DNA of 64,000 nucleotides from Antedon mediterranea (Eukaryota > Animalia > Echinodermata), in NCBI RefSeq assembly GCF_964355755.1, contig NC_092672.1, positions 16,244,001 through 16,308,000 of the forward strand, written 5' to 3'. Below the pieces are notes generated by a model. That model worked only from the letters and a program-made list of their open reading frames with translations, did no database searches and was not told where the DNA came from. Made by a program: the position numbers and the translations under genes. Positions 13,379-25,323 of the stretch are shown here, piece after piece (the stretch's first letter is position 1; each line of letters starts with the position of its first letter).

Positions 13379-13878
13379 TAACAAAGCTGCACAATAGAAA
13401 CTACAGTTCTTACTTACCAATCTGCTAGGGCCTAGCCATAGTCTTTTCTTCAAGATAGGAGTTGTTTTTTTGTTGTTAAACTACAGAACTTTCACACATC
13501 GTCGTCTCGCCATAATTATCACGTCATATTTTTTTTGTGATGACCTAGAGGTCACATACACGCACAAGAATCATACAATAATATGCATAATTCATAAGCT
13601 AATTTAGGTCAAGGGTTAAATTAAACCGGAAGCCAGCTGGCTGCCAGCCAACCGACTTCCGGTTGACTATTTTTTACCTTAAATTACGATTTTCTCAGGT
13701 AAATATATATTTTTTTTCGATCAAATTTTTTTTCAAAGTGAATAACTTTTATGTATCATTAAAATGGTCTATTCAACAAAAATATTTTTAAAAATTATTT
13801 GTTCAGGGGGACAATACATCTTTAAACTACTGTACATAAAAATATCACTTCCATAGTACAACATTGCGATACTTTTAC

Positions 13879-16172
13879 CATGGAGTAAAGAATAAGAGGA
13901 GACACAACTTGAATAGTTCAGTCAGTTCATCGTGTTTACCGCTTGCTTAAGGCTATGCTTGTAATGAGTATTTAATAGGTGCTAAACACTGCCGTTACGT
14001 AACCCAATTAGCAAAGATTACAATGTTTACTGCCCGCGGTCAATTTTGGTGTTAGTACACATGCGTATTAGGACGTCGCAATACTCTTGCTAGGCGATGT
14101 GCGTTCAAGCGTGAAAGGTGTACTCTACTGTTTGTAGACCTACTGAACTTGTATTCCGACCTTGTTTATTAATTTTTATAAAAAGCAGCGCTGTTCTACT
14201 GGATATCTTTTATTAATAAATAAATAATACGGGTTTTATACGGCACCAATAAAGGAATTATATTTATATGGTTTACTGTGTACTAAATGTTGGTAATTTC
14301 TCCAGACAACTTATCATGAATCATGATTGATTGGATTTAGTAAGGACCAGTGGTGGTGCCAGCGGGGGCTGTATCCCCTCGTCGTCTCCCAAATAAATAT
14401 GTCCATCATTATGGGATTAAATATTATCCTTATTTAGGCTATTTATTAAATAATAATATATTACGAACTGTGGCCTACTATGTAGTAGGCCTATGTGTAG
14501 CCACAAATCGTTAAACAATATATAATTTAGTCCTACAATTTCACTGAACTCTAAGTATGTGATCGTAAAAATCATATATTTTATGATATTAATATCATAA
14601 ATAATTTACCGTATATTTCGGTGTATAAGTCGCACTTTTGACACGCAAATTTGACCTCTAAATTAAGGGTGCGTCTTATACACCGAACATAAATGCCTCA
14701 CCACACAGATTGTACATAGGCCTAGGCCTAGTAGGCTATCGTCACCTCGTTTGCTAGGCCTAGCTACAGTAACTAACTAACGTAACGGCAACCTGCTTCT
14801 GCCTAGTTTTCAAGTCATTTTAGCATGATGTTATACTAAATATGATGAAAAGACTTGTTCATTATGGCGCTTCGAATTTCAAAATTTCATTTGTAAACGT
14901 TTACGTAATTGGAATAGTATTTATTTATACAGTAGTTATACGCACGATCACCGTACCCCAAGCGCAAGCCCTTCTTTTGGTGTGGTGGCCACATGGTGTA
15001 CGGTATTCGACTAGTATATTCTCCAGGTGATTATAGCATGGACCTAGCGTACACACTTCTCAGATACATAGATACTAATCGAATACGATTTTCCGTGAAA
15101 ACGTGCGCCCTCTCGAAATGATCGAGCGAGGCTAGCCCACACACGTGCGTGTTACACACACGGTCATCATGCACTCGATGTTGCGGCGAAACTCAAGTTA
15201 GAAAGAACTTGTTGAGGCTGGGCGCGGCCGAGCCTAGGTAAGAAAAAACCTAAATAAAGGACGCCGTTGTAGATATAACAAAATATATTATTACAATAAT
15301 ATTGATTACAATTTAAAAAAACATTGTTTTGATGAAATATAAGGTGCGTCTTATACATCGACGATATAAAAAATACCGATATTTTACTCTCAGTTAGGGG
15401 GTGCGTCTTATACACAGGTGCGACTTATACACAGGTGCGACTTATACACCGAAATATACGGTAATTTATCAGAATAAAATAGAAGAATTTTAGTTTTGCT
15501 AAACGGTCATAATATAGACTGAAACATAAATTAAATGTCATACAGTAATAGAAATAAGAAATTGTGTCGTTGGAATTCTAATATACGTATATTTTTGAAT
15601 ATTCATGAGAACAAATTATATAATTTTTTTTCATGCGCGCCTTTGCGCGCACTAAAATATGATTTTAAAATAAGTTGGAGTCTTAATAATATGCTACAAA
15701 ATGCACTAGGGTTCGAAAATTAAAAAGTTGCTTAAACGGTAAAATTTCGATTTACCAAATGATACGTCTATGGCTTGATAAAAAATATGATTAATTTGTT
15801 AGCTGGTATAAAAACTGCGATATCTCCGTGAAAATTTACACGATTTTTAAACGGTTTTTTCAAGAAAAAAGCTGAAAGAACAATGAACAACTGCTCAAAG
15901 GTCATGCTTCACTATGATGTATTAGAAACTACTGTGCAGCCTCTGTTTACTTTTCTTGTCACCGATGTCATGCCTGGCTTCTTCCTTAATTAGGGTGTTA
16001 CGTAATCAGAGCCGACTCTGCAGCGAGCTGCACGGGTAAACAGGATATTCTTCAAAGGATCGTTATGGGAAGTTTTTTACACTATGCTTAAGCACTACCG
16101 CACAGCGTGATACTAATTGGATTAACTGGATAGCTAGGCCGTGTTGTGCCTCCTCTTATTCTTTACTCCATG
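13879..16172. mobile_element. P-superfamily-like non-autonomous element (contains a nested MITE)
   Basis: TIR CATGGAGTAAAGAATAAGAGGAG(A/G)CACAAC and a 7-bp TSD CTTTTAC. Confidence 0.8.
14609..15461 (+). mobile_element. pogo/Tigger-like MITE (family B), intact copy
   Basis: TIR CCGTATATTTCGGTGTATAAGTCGCAC and TA TSD. Paralogs at 41009-43980 and 44959-45595. Confidence 0.88.
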
Positions 16173-16329
16173 CTTTTACAACCAACTTAGTCAAATGACA
16201 TTGATTTAAAGCTGGGAAAACTGACAAAATTATAGGTTTGCTTGTCACGTGTAATGGGGACACCAATAAATATGCTTGCCAAAGATTTTAGTTACAGTAT
16301 ATTCTGAACTTAAAATGTTAAATGCTCAA

Positions 16330-16505
16330 AATTTACAATACCGTCAACTGTTGACGCTTGTTAAACGATTTTGATAGATGCTATGCTGTTTGTACAATCG
16401 TTGTGGTACAGCTTACTGTAGACTAAGCCTAATGAATAGAATGTGCTTGTTGCGATGCGTTGTGCGATAGCCTAACTCGTCACCATGACGAGTTCAAATT
16501 TGGGC
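16330..16505 (+). mobile_element. 3' end of Helentron-associated element (HINE family 2)
   Basis: subTIR GCGATAGCCTAA plus hairpin CTCGTCA-CCA-TGACGAG; homologous to 34440-34600. Confidence 0.65.
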
Positions 16506-17503
16506 ACGTAAAACTGAGATTCGCTCTATTTTTAACGCGATGAATTTTTACGAAAGAGATAAAAATCTGACTTTTTGAATTCAACTGGCCATATGATGAT
16601 ATCATGACATCAGATAGACAACATTTTTATATGAATTCATATCTGCAATTCAACAATTTCCATAATAAGTTTTAATCACATGGGTCACTTCATTTCGATG
16701 AGCTGTAACAGGTTAAAATATACTGTAAAGAAGAAATTAAGTAACTCGCGTTATTCTAATATTTTTGTATGATGACGTCACAAAAATTAAAATCTTTGTA
16801 TTACTCTGTGGAAGAGAATGGATAGAGAATGATTGTATTAAAATCTAGGAGAAAATGGGGAACGTGTTAGCGCGATGTGCTCTATTTAATTGGATTAAAC
16901 TAGTACAAAAGTAAAAAAAATTATTTTTTTTTAAATTTGGTGACGTCAACACAACCGGTAGCTACAAATTTTACATGATTCTTGAATTGATCTACAACTC
17001 ATCAGCTTCCATAATTAATTTAAAAAAATGGAGGTAACAAATTTTCATTATATTACCTATTCTTAAGCACAAAATTTCTAAATTTTAACATTCATGTGCG
17101 TAGTTAATTGGCAATAAAAGTTCTTCAAAATGAATGGAATCTACTACAGAATGTATGAAAAACAAAAATCAATTGCAAAAAACATTTTCTACGCTTTGTA
17201 CGAGCTGTGCGGCCAAAAATATAGAGCATTTTAGAAAATAATTTTGCGCATTTTCTAAATTTCAAATACGTGTACTCGTGTAATTTTTTGCATAGCATGC
17301 CATTTTTATCATGTCAAAAGTTGCTCCATATTATGAACACTTTTCATTAAAAAAAAAATGTTTGTTGAAAATTTATGAGCAACCATAAATTTCATAAAAT
17401 CACGCATAACTTGCGCTGCGCAACTCTAACGTCATATATATAACGAAGTTTCTTGCACATCTACAGCTACAGCTCAATCTTATGGCAAAGTTATACAATC
17501 TTA

Positions 17504-19240
17504 GGGGCCGTCCAAAAACTAATTTTCCGCGAGTTCCGCGATTTTACCTTCATAGTTCATTGAACCTCGTTTCCGCGGAACATGCGATACAAAAATATTC
17601 ATTCGGAATGCTTGCGGAACGCAATATCAACAATCAAAATGTTGCCGCCCACATATCGCGAGTTCCGCGGGTAGCGGCCTAATAAATAGATGAGATCATA
17701 GTACAGAATAGCACGGTTTTTTAGGCCTAGCTAGGTTGGCCGAATACGACTACAGTAGGCTAGTACTCTACTAGGCCTAGGCCTAGTCCTACTTAAACTA
17801 CTCTGATACTAACGGAGAAAATAATACCAAAACAATTTGTTTGTAGGCATAGTACAACTATTCATACACAGTACAACTATTCATACACAGGGTTTCAACC
17901 ACGGTAAAATTCAAGCCAATGACATCATGTAGTAGAATATAAATTATAGTTATTTTCCGAGTTTCGATTTTTAAAGCTTTTTTTTAATATAAAATTCAAA
18001 ACACGGACGGACGCCGACCCCTCTCTCTCTGTTAATTTAGAATTAATTCTGCACATGTATTGTGGACTATACCATTTCTTTGAGGTCGGTAAAAACGCGT
18101 TCGTTAATTTAGTGTACGACGTTGTTAAACAAGATTTTTCGATGATCTGTCGGCTGGATTATTGAGGTGGGTGCGATAAAATATAAATATACTTCCAACG
18201 ATCTTCGGATTGAGGTGCGTGTTTAACTTTGTTATTAAAAGTGGACACCCCTAATTTTAGACGTATAATGGACTGCACCATGCAGGAACGCACATGCTAT
18301 TTTCTTATCAGAGGGTGCGTGTACGTCAAAAGGAATTGTTTTTCGAACGATCCTTCTAGATCTTTCGTGCGTGGATGTATGTACACGACACGACGCCCCG
18401 TGTGAAATTTCTTATCAGAGGGGTGCGTGTGCGTCAAATGGAATTGTTTTCCCAATGAATTGAATTGCATGTGTTCTCGATCGGATCGGCGGTGGGAGGA
18501 TAGGCTAGGAGTGCGTGTAATGCGTAATGCGTAATCTGATTTATTATTTTCTTTCTGTACTGTACACAGGGGACTATCATTGTTTAACAAGCAAGCATTT
18601 CATAATAAATCTAGGCCTACCTTGGTAGTTGTTTTTACCAGGCTAGCGGCGTGGCAATGACAATGTGGCGACAACGTTAAAAAATGTAAACGCAAGAAGG
18701 AGGGCTCTGCAAGCAAGGGAAATCCCCTTGCAAAGAAGTCAGGCGATGTTTGCGTCTCGTCCGAGTCGTTGTGTAAACAAATCTTCTTGACATTATTTTC
18801 TATCTACTTCAGTGGTTTTTATTGTTGTAAAACTCGGGGCACTCACATTTCATTTATTATTATCTATATATTTATTAATAACAAAAACAAGATCAGACAC
18901 ACGAATGGAAATAATAATTGTAAACAATATTGAAATATAATTTGTTCTTCTGTAAAAATCAATTACCGTAATACTAATACTTAATAGTAATACCTGGCTG
19001 GCAAAGCGTTATTCAAACGAGCACTATATTCTCTAGTATTGGCAATACTGCCGCGAGTTCCGCGATATTGCAAGGCTTTCGCGAGTCTCGCGATATTAAT
19101 TAATATTCATGAGTTCCGCGAGAAAATCAAGCTTGAATGATTTTGCCTCATTACCGCAAGAGACGTTCACTTTCATGGTTGAGTAAGTAATAGGGTATGT
19201 TATCGCGGAACTCGCGGAAAATTAGTTTTTGGACGGCCCC
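17504..19240. mobile_element. Zator- or PIF/Harbinger-like non-autonomous element
   Basis: Perfect ~39-bp TIR GGGGCCGTCCAAAAACTAATTTTCCGCGAGTTCCGCGAT, TTA TSD, repeated subterminal GAGTTCCGCG motifs. Confidence 0.82.
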
Positions 19241-20724
19241 TTATGTTGTCCAGAATTAGAGATACGCTGCGAACAAAATTTGTGGAAAGAAAGAAGAATG
19301 ACACGTCACTATGGACGAGGTATCCGCCGCGCAAACACCACGTGCCTGTCATACGTTACAATATTGCGCACAGAAAAAACGATTATGCCATTGTGACCTG
19401 AAGAAAATAAAATGTTATTGTACCCTCTATTTTGTGTCTAAGCCCCCTCTGATTTCGTGTCCGTCGGCACATCATCGCGTCCGAAAAAAATAAAGTCAGG
19501 CAAATAAGAATAAACTATTATTCTGACAATAATTGAACTGTAAACATAATTCTTTTGAGTGTTTTTTTATTTACATATCATATCATTCCCTTCAGATCAG
19601 CTATTTTTTATTTTCATTACATCTAACCCAAACACGTAAAAAATGTGGTTAAAATATCTTATCATCTAGCACGTACGTACGGCCGTACGTGCTAGATTGT
19701 TTTCTCAAAAGTCTTTGAACGGTCCGGTGACCTTACCCTATTCAACATTGTTTTTGAAGTTGAGCCTCTCATGACCTAGGATTTGTATGTCTTCCTACGC
19801 TAAGATTATATAGTTCCACATGCCATGTGCTTTTTTCTCTAAAAGATATATTTATTATGAGTGCCAAAAACCCGTTTTTTTTTCTCGATATGAGGCCTTT
19901 ATTATTCAAATTTTTTAAAGGAAAAGTACACATACCATAAAAACTATCCATGTATTTTATTTTTGGAACCGAATATTCCAGTAGGCTCAACTACAAAACC
20001 ACCATTTTGTGATATGATGTCATCGTAAGCCAATCAAAGCTGAGCTTTCTCGTGATTGGCATTGCTCACGGTTGAATGATTTTGGATTCTAGCTGATTTG
20101 ATTGGTGGATGCGAATCACCCGCAGCGGAATGTTTTCTCTCGTGCGTGTACCATGAACCTCTCTGATCGTTACTACACAAAGTTAGAGCAATTAATTTGT
20201 CCGAATTTTGCATCGTTATCCCATATAAGACAATATGACTATGCAACCCTAGAACATATATTGATCAGGTGTATGTATGTATGTAACTAATTTTGTCGGC
20301 AAATTGGCAATTCCCGGCCCCCCCCCCCAACTTCAAAATCCTGGATACGCCACTGTGTCTAAGTATATACAGTGCAGAATAGATGGAAATACCGCAACCC
20401 GCCTTTTTATTTCAATTTGTAACATGATGACGTCATCATAATGAAACATGTAGATAGCAATTTTGGAAGGGAATTATCTGAGCAACAACATATTAACGTG
20501 TTAAATTTGTTAGAATATGGATGCACACTCTTTTAAATGTTGTGAACTATGACGCAAAATTTGAAAATACGACTTTCATAATTCAACTGGCCATATGATG
20601 ACGTCACAACATCCAATGCGCAAAATGTGTCATAAACAGCTTCCAGAAAATGTTTTAATCATGAGTATCACTTTTCATTCTGAGGAGCTATAACATATTG
20701 AAATTTGCTGTAATGATGAAAAAA

Positions 20725-20860
20725 AAAAAGATTCTGACAATAACAAGGGGTTATCCGCCAAGTGCGGATAACCAAAAGAAAAAAAAGATCCTGACAATAA
20801 CTAGGGTCTTGCGGATAACCAAAAAAGATCCTGACAATAACAAGGGATATCCGCAATACC
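20725..20860 (-). repeat. Three tandem copies of a HINE-type 5' end
   Basis: Repeated AAAAGATCCTGACAATAACAAGGG, with hairpin GGTTATCCGC...GCGGATAACC. Confidence 0.55.
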
Positions 20861-21071
20861 TTTTGATGATCATTTTATTCTAAATGATCACCTAATAATA
20901 AAGATTTCATACAATAACAATAGTATAGGTGATTTATTTTATTCAAAATTGTGAATTATTAATGTTCATAGGCCCTGTTTTTGCTGCCAAATAAATACTG
21001 TATTTAATACGGTATTTTTTTAATACCGTATATATTTTCGGTATTTTTTTGGCAGCGGAAAGGGCGCTCAT

Positions 21072-21881
21072 AAAAAACAAGGCCAACAGCCATTAAGTCG
21101 CGTGCTACAATGCATAGTGATACCGGACCGACAGACAGACCGACCGACAGACAGACAGACAGACCGACAGACAGACCGACCGACCGACCGACATAGTGAA
21201 CTATACTGACCGAAATTACTGAACATGTTTAAAAATGTTGAAATGTTTAAAAACATTAATATTTTTTTAATTTACACGTGCGTAGCCTGTCACTTTTGAC
21301 GTGCTCGTATAACGTAATTTCGAGTTGAAAAGTAAGTCAAGAAAACAGAAATCGGGCAAAAAGAGCGCGCAAGAACATTTAACGCGCAGTGCGCGCGCAA
21401 AAATATGCGCACTCATGGCAATTTTGTAAACGCTTAAAATTGCCTGAAACGTACTCATATTTCATCGAAAATAAATTTTGAAAATTTTAAGCGCGCGTAC
21501 GCATGCGTTACATGCGCTACGCACGTAATTGTATTGCCATATGATGATTTATGCCCTGAAATTTATGAGTACCAAATTTTATTTAATTGTGATTCATGGT
21601 TGTGAAGATATGATTACAAACGTGATTTCGTTAAATCGTGCGTAGACCGCGTAATTTTTTATTGCGCACCGTGAAAACATAACCACATTGATTCCTGGCC
21701 ATAAGGAATATACTGTGAAAAATTGACCTAGCTAGATTAAACTGATATCAAGATAAGGTCAGAAAGCGATAAAACGCATAGTGATACCGGACCGACAGAC
21801 CGACAGACAGATCGACAGACAGACAGACAGACCGACCGACCGACATAGTGAACTATAGAGTCGCTTCCACGCGACTAAAAA
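21072..21881 (-). mobile_element. Helentron-associated interspersed element (HINE/DINE-like, family 1)
   Basis: subTIRs AGTCGCGTG/CACGCGACT, (GACC/GACA)n microsatellites, 3' hairpin GGC-TGTTG-GCC followed by a T run. Near-identical to 27100-27868. Confidence 0.85.
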
Positions 21882-22154
21882 TACCGTATTTTGTATTTTC
21901 CCCACAAAATTTGTGGATAAAATATGGTATTTTCAAATTTATACAGTATTTTCTGTATAGATATATTCGGCGAAAATGTGGAGCGAAGATGCCACAGTAT
22001 TTACTATCTGTGGGGAGGGGAGGCTAAAATATCCGGCCAACTAAAATGTAATAAAAGGAACAACCACATTTATAAAGACATTTCTTTAAAAAATGAAGCA
22101 GGAGTACGGAATAGACTTGTCTCCAAAGCAAGTAAACTCGAAGCTGAAGAGCAG

Positions 22155-22460
22155 TTTTATTTATTTATTTTTTTTATTTATTCGACTTCTCACTAACTCA
22201 GTTAGTGAAAGATCTGGACCAACAGGTGGTAAACACCTCTGAAACGGTCCAGTCCCAATTTACACAGTGGCTGTGTGTGACAGTGGCTGTGTTTGTGTGG
22301 ACTAGTACACCGGGGTAACCCCCTACTCATCTCGAAAGATGTACTAGGTTCTTTAAAGTGCGCATGAGCTATGTGTACACTGGACCTACGGTTTATAGTC
22401 CTTATCCGAGAAGACTCGTTCTACCACCAGAACCATGGAGCGAGTGAGCCTCGAACCCAT
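22155..22460 (-). mobile_element. tRNA-derived SINE, 5'-truncated at the B box, (AAAT)n tail
   Basis: GGTTCGAGGCTC B box and core nearly identical to the SINE at 53334, but a different 3' tail. Confidence 0.82.
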
Positions 22461-23099
22461 GCGAAAGCAGTGTGACAACATTGCAAAAGACAATAACTCG
22501 AATTACTTGTTCCTATTTCGATGTTTTCTGTGCTCTCACAACTTCTCTATCACTAGGGCTAGGCTGTTGAAAGTGAGGCGTAAAACTTCCATTATTGCGA
22601 CTTTTAATTACTGTATCGACCAAATAAATGGCAATTTGGGTAAAAAGGATAAATTTTAGCACAACCTCCCAAGAAGTATTGTTAGCAGAAACGGGGTACT
22701 AAAAATACGGTATAAAAAATACCGTATTCTATACCGTATTTTGAGCAGTTGCAGCAGAAACAGGCCCAATGTAATTTAGTTCGGTTTTTGTGTGTTTCTC
22801 CGAGTTGAATGGTACTCTCGTACGTAAAAATCATGATAAATGGCACCTTTAGTTCGCCGGAAATGACACTTTTCAGCTCGCTAGCAATACAGACAGCAAT
22901 ACAATAGCCTATTTTTTCAACTTGCAGTTTGCTGCAGCACGTTGCGGAGGCTGTGCCATACATTTATTGCATATGCCTTGAGGTAGACCCAAGTCTGTAG
23001 TTATTTAGAGGCTTTTGTCTGAAATACAAGCTCAAGTAGTATACGTATAAAAGATTTATATTATTACTAATATAAATAAATGATAAAGACGCTAGTAAA

Positions 23100-23890
23100 T
23101 TACCAACTGAACATTTTATTGCACTACAGGCTGTTTCATGAGTATGAACTCAATCTTCAGGTGCTTGGCTCTGAATGATAGTCACAAGTGAATACAAAAA
23201 GCTATAATGAAGTTATAAGGCAAACTGTTTATGTGAACAATAGTATGTTAATTAGCAAGTACAACACATCTCTATTTCCTGGACAGTCTATTGTTAACCA
23301 AATTCCTATTATCTAAATTACTGATACCTTAATAGAAACTTTCTCCTATGTCTACATGCACTGACTAATTCGTTCCTATGGTTAAGTGAGCTGGTTTCAG
23401 GCTTGCATATGATATAATACTTCTCTTGTAAGCATAGATTACACCGTTTGTAACATTGGAATATGGTTTACACTTCTTTATTATTCGCCATATAATGTTA
23501 TACTTTATGTTATCATCTTTTAGCTTCCAGATATACTGGCTAAGTGTTGTGCTGTTTTTGTATTTAACATTACGGAATGAACTATTATGTGCGTTATATC
23601 TACATTTAAATGTGTTTTCGGTTAGTCCGACATATGTTTCAGCTTTATCATCACTATTTGTTGTTACTGTAGCCTGATAAACAACACCACTGGTTAGGCA
23701 TTTCCCATCTAATGGGCATTCATTTCGACAGTTGCATTGCTTGATGTTATCACAGGGCATATCATTACGTAATACATTTTTGTTGTGGGCCGATATTACA
23801 GACCCTATATTAGGCATGCAGCTATAGCTGATTTTAATGGTGTTTCTATTAAATATTTTTCTTAGCTCATGGTTATGTGGAAAACATTCA
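23100..23890 (-). mobile_element. Penelope-like retroelement 3' fragment (GIY-YIG endonuclease plus 3' region)
   Basis: ORF 23365..23817 and flanks read KIFNRNTIKISYSCMPN, CNCR..CPLDGKCL..GVVYQATV, YVGLTENTFKCRY, TTLSQYIW and [14 protein letters not shown]. Confidence 0.9.
23121..23164 (-). ncRNA. Minimal type I hammerhead ribozyme
   Basis: Minus strand reads GCAC-CUGAAGA-U[UGAGU UCAU ACUCA]U-GAAA-CAGCCUG-UA-GUGC: complete core, stem I, stem II and a near-palindromic stem III. Confidence 0.8.
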
Positions 23891-24055
23891 TTTTTACTAA
23901 TATATATCTTTTTACTAATATTACGTCACCTGGAACCCAGACTAGCCTTGAAGTATTGCCTGCAAATGAATATGCTGTGGGTATCAGTTGCTGAATCTCA
24001 ATGGAGATAAAAGAAATAAAAACATAGGAGGCATATATTTATATTTATTTATACA

Positions 24056-24296
24056 GTATAATTTTTAAGATCAAAATCGTAAACATGAATCTATGGAACT
24101 ACATTTTTATTTATCACTGGCTCCTACAACTGGCTTTATATATCAACTTACACATTCTAAAACATGAGAAAAATAGTTCTAAAACCTATTAAACAAATAT
24201 GTAGAGCCGTTTTGTAGGAGCCAGTGATAAATAGCAATGTAGTTCCATAGACTTGTTTAAACTTAAATTCAGAGATTTTAATGATCTTAAAATATA
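24056..24296. repeat. Long imperfect inverted repeat (hairpin)
   Basis: TCTATGGAACTACATT...TTTATCACTGGCTCCTACAA (24090-24130) pairs with TTGTAGGAGCCAGTGATAAATA...AATGTAGTTCCATAGA (24212-24251); the pairing extends outward. Confidence 0.7.
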
Positions 24297-24312
24297 AGTT
24301 TTGGCACTCTTA

Positions 24313-25230
24313 AGGTCTGTTTCTGCTGAAAAAATCAAAATAATCGATTTTTTCCAGTCACCGCAAACCACAAAAATAATCGCGTTGCAATTGAAAATTG
24401 CTACGACTTTAATCGGTTATTCAGGTAATCGGTTTTTAAAATCACGTCATCATTCCCCACAGCGCAGTTCAAGTTATGAATATGAAAGGCCGATGAGAGT
24501 TGGTTTGTTTACATCCTATCGCTGCCTAAAATTCTCACATGTAGGATTAAAAATTACTCTTACGTAAAGCTTTATTATTTCTAAAATAAACATCTAGGCC
24601 TACTACCGTACCACATACAACAGAATAATGATGTTATATTAATAAGGACACGTCGGCGAAAAAAGTTCGTTTCGCCGTTCGTTGGTTCTACCTTCGGCCT
24701 GCTAGGCCTATGCTATGGTATGGGCTATATATTTCTACCGAAACAAGTCAACAAACAACAGGCCTAAAAAATGACATGTAAAACATCGTTAGCCTGGACT
24801 GGTGGTATGTAACAGGTGTACTTGTAACACAGAATCCTGGAGTCTCTCGGTATAATTCTCCCCCACAAAATAATAAAAATCAAATGTTTAACATTTGATT
24901 TTTATTCGGTCTACATCGCGATCGTGGTTTTGCTGATCGTCGTCGATGTCGCGCAAATAAACAGCATGCTTTGTGACGTGAATAAGTTTGTCATACTCTA
25001 GAGGTCAAAGTGAGGTCAATAATCGCTATTTGTGTTGCAGCTCAAAACTGCTCCGCAATAATCGGTTAAAACAAGAAATAATCGATTAAAACACGCAATG
25101 GATTGAGTGTTTTTAATCGGTTATTTTTAATCGGTTATTTTATTTTGCGCCGTTTCTGCTGCCCAAAAATAATCGATTAAAAAAATAAACGGTTAATAAT
25201 CGATTATTTCTGCTCAGCAGAAACAGGCAC
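24313..25230. mobile_element. Harbinger/Tourist-like MITE related to 20971-22767
   Basis: TIR ..CTGTTTCTGCTGA / TCAGCAGAAACAG.. with subterminal AATCGGTTA/AATCGATT repeats. Confidence 0.65.
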
Positions 25231-25323
25231 ACAAAGACCTGCACAGACGATCCTCTTTAAAAACGTTTAATAAAATAAATCAATATTATAGTTCAGCAAA
25301 TGAAAATAAAATTTTGCACTTAA

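Larger units (their letters stand above)
20971..22767. mobile_element. Harbinger/Tourist-like MITE hosting a HINE and a SINE
   Basis: TIR GGCCCTGTTTTTGCTGC / GCAGCAGAAACAGGCCC with subterminal ATACCGTATT repeats. TSD unclear. Confidence 0.6.

Noticed and set aside
13405-13520. Antisense first-exon-like segment with a GTAAGTA donor
   Set aside because: Both ATGs hit stops within a few codons, no downstream exons were found, and it lies beside a Kolobok-like end (~13822).
6166-13825. Possible single large Kolobok from TTAA|AG at 6166 to CT|TTAA at ~13822
   Set aside because: The two ends are not inverted repeats of each other, so they are treated as unrelated fragments.
21068-21256. RSVGRSVC / DRQTDRPT ORFs (also at 27642-27940)
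   Set aside because: Translations of the HINE microsatellite, not RS-domain exons.
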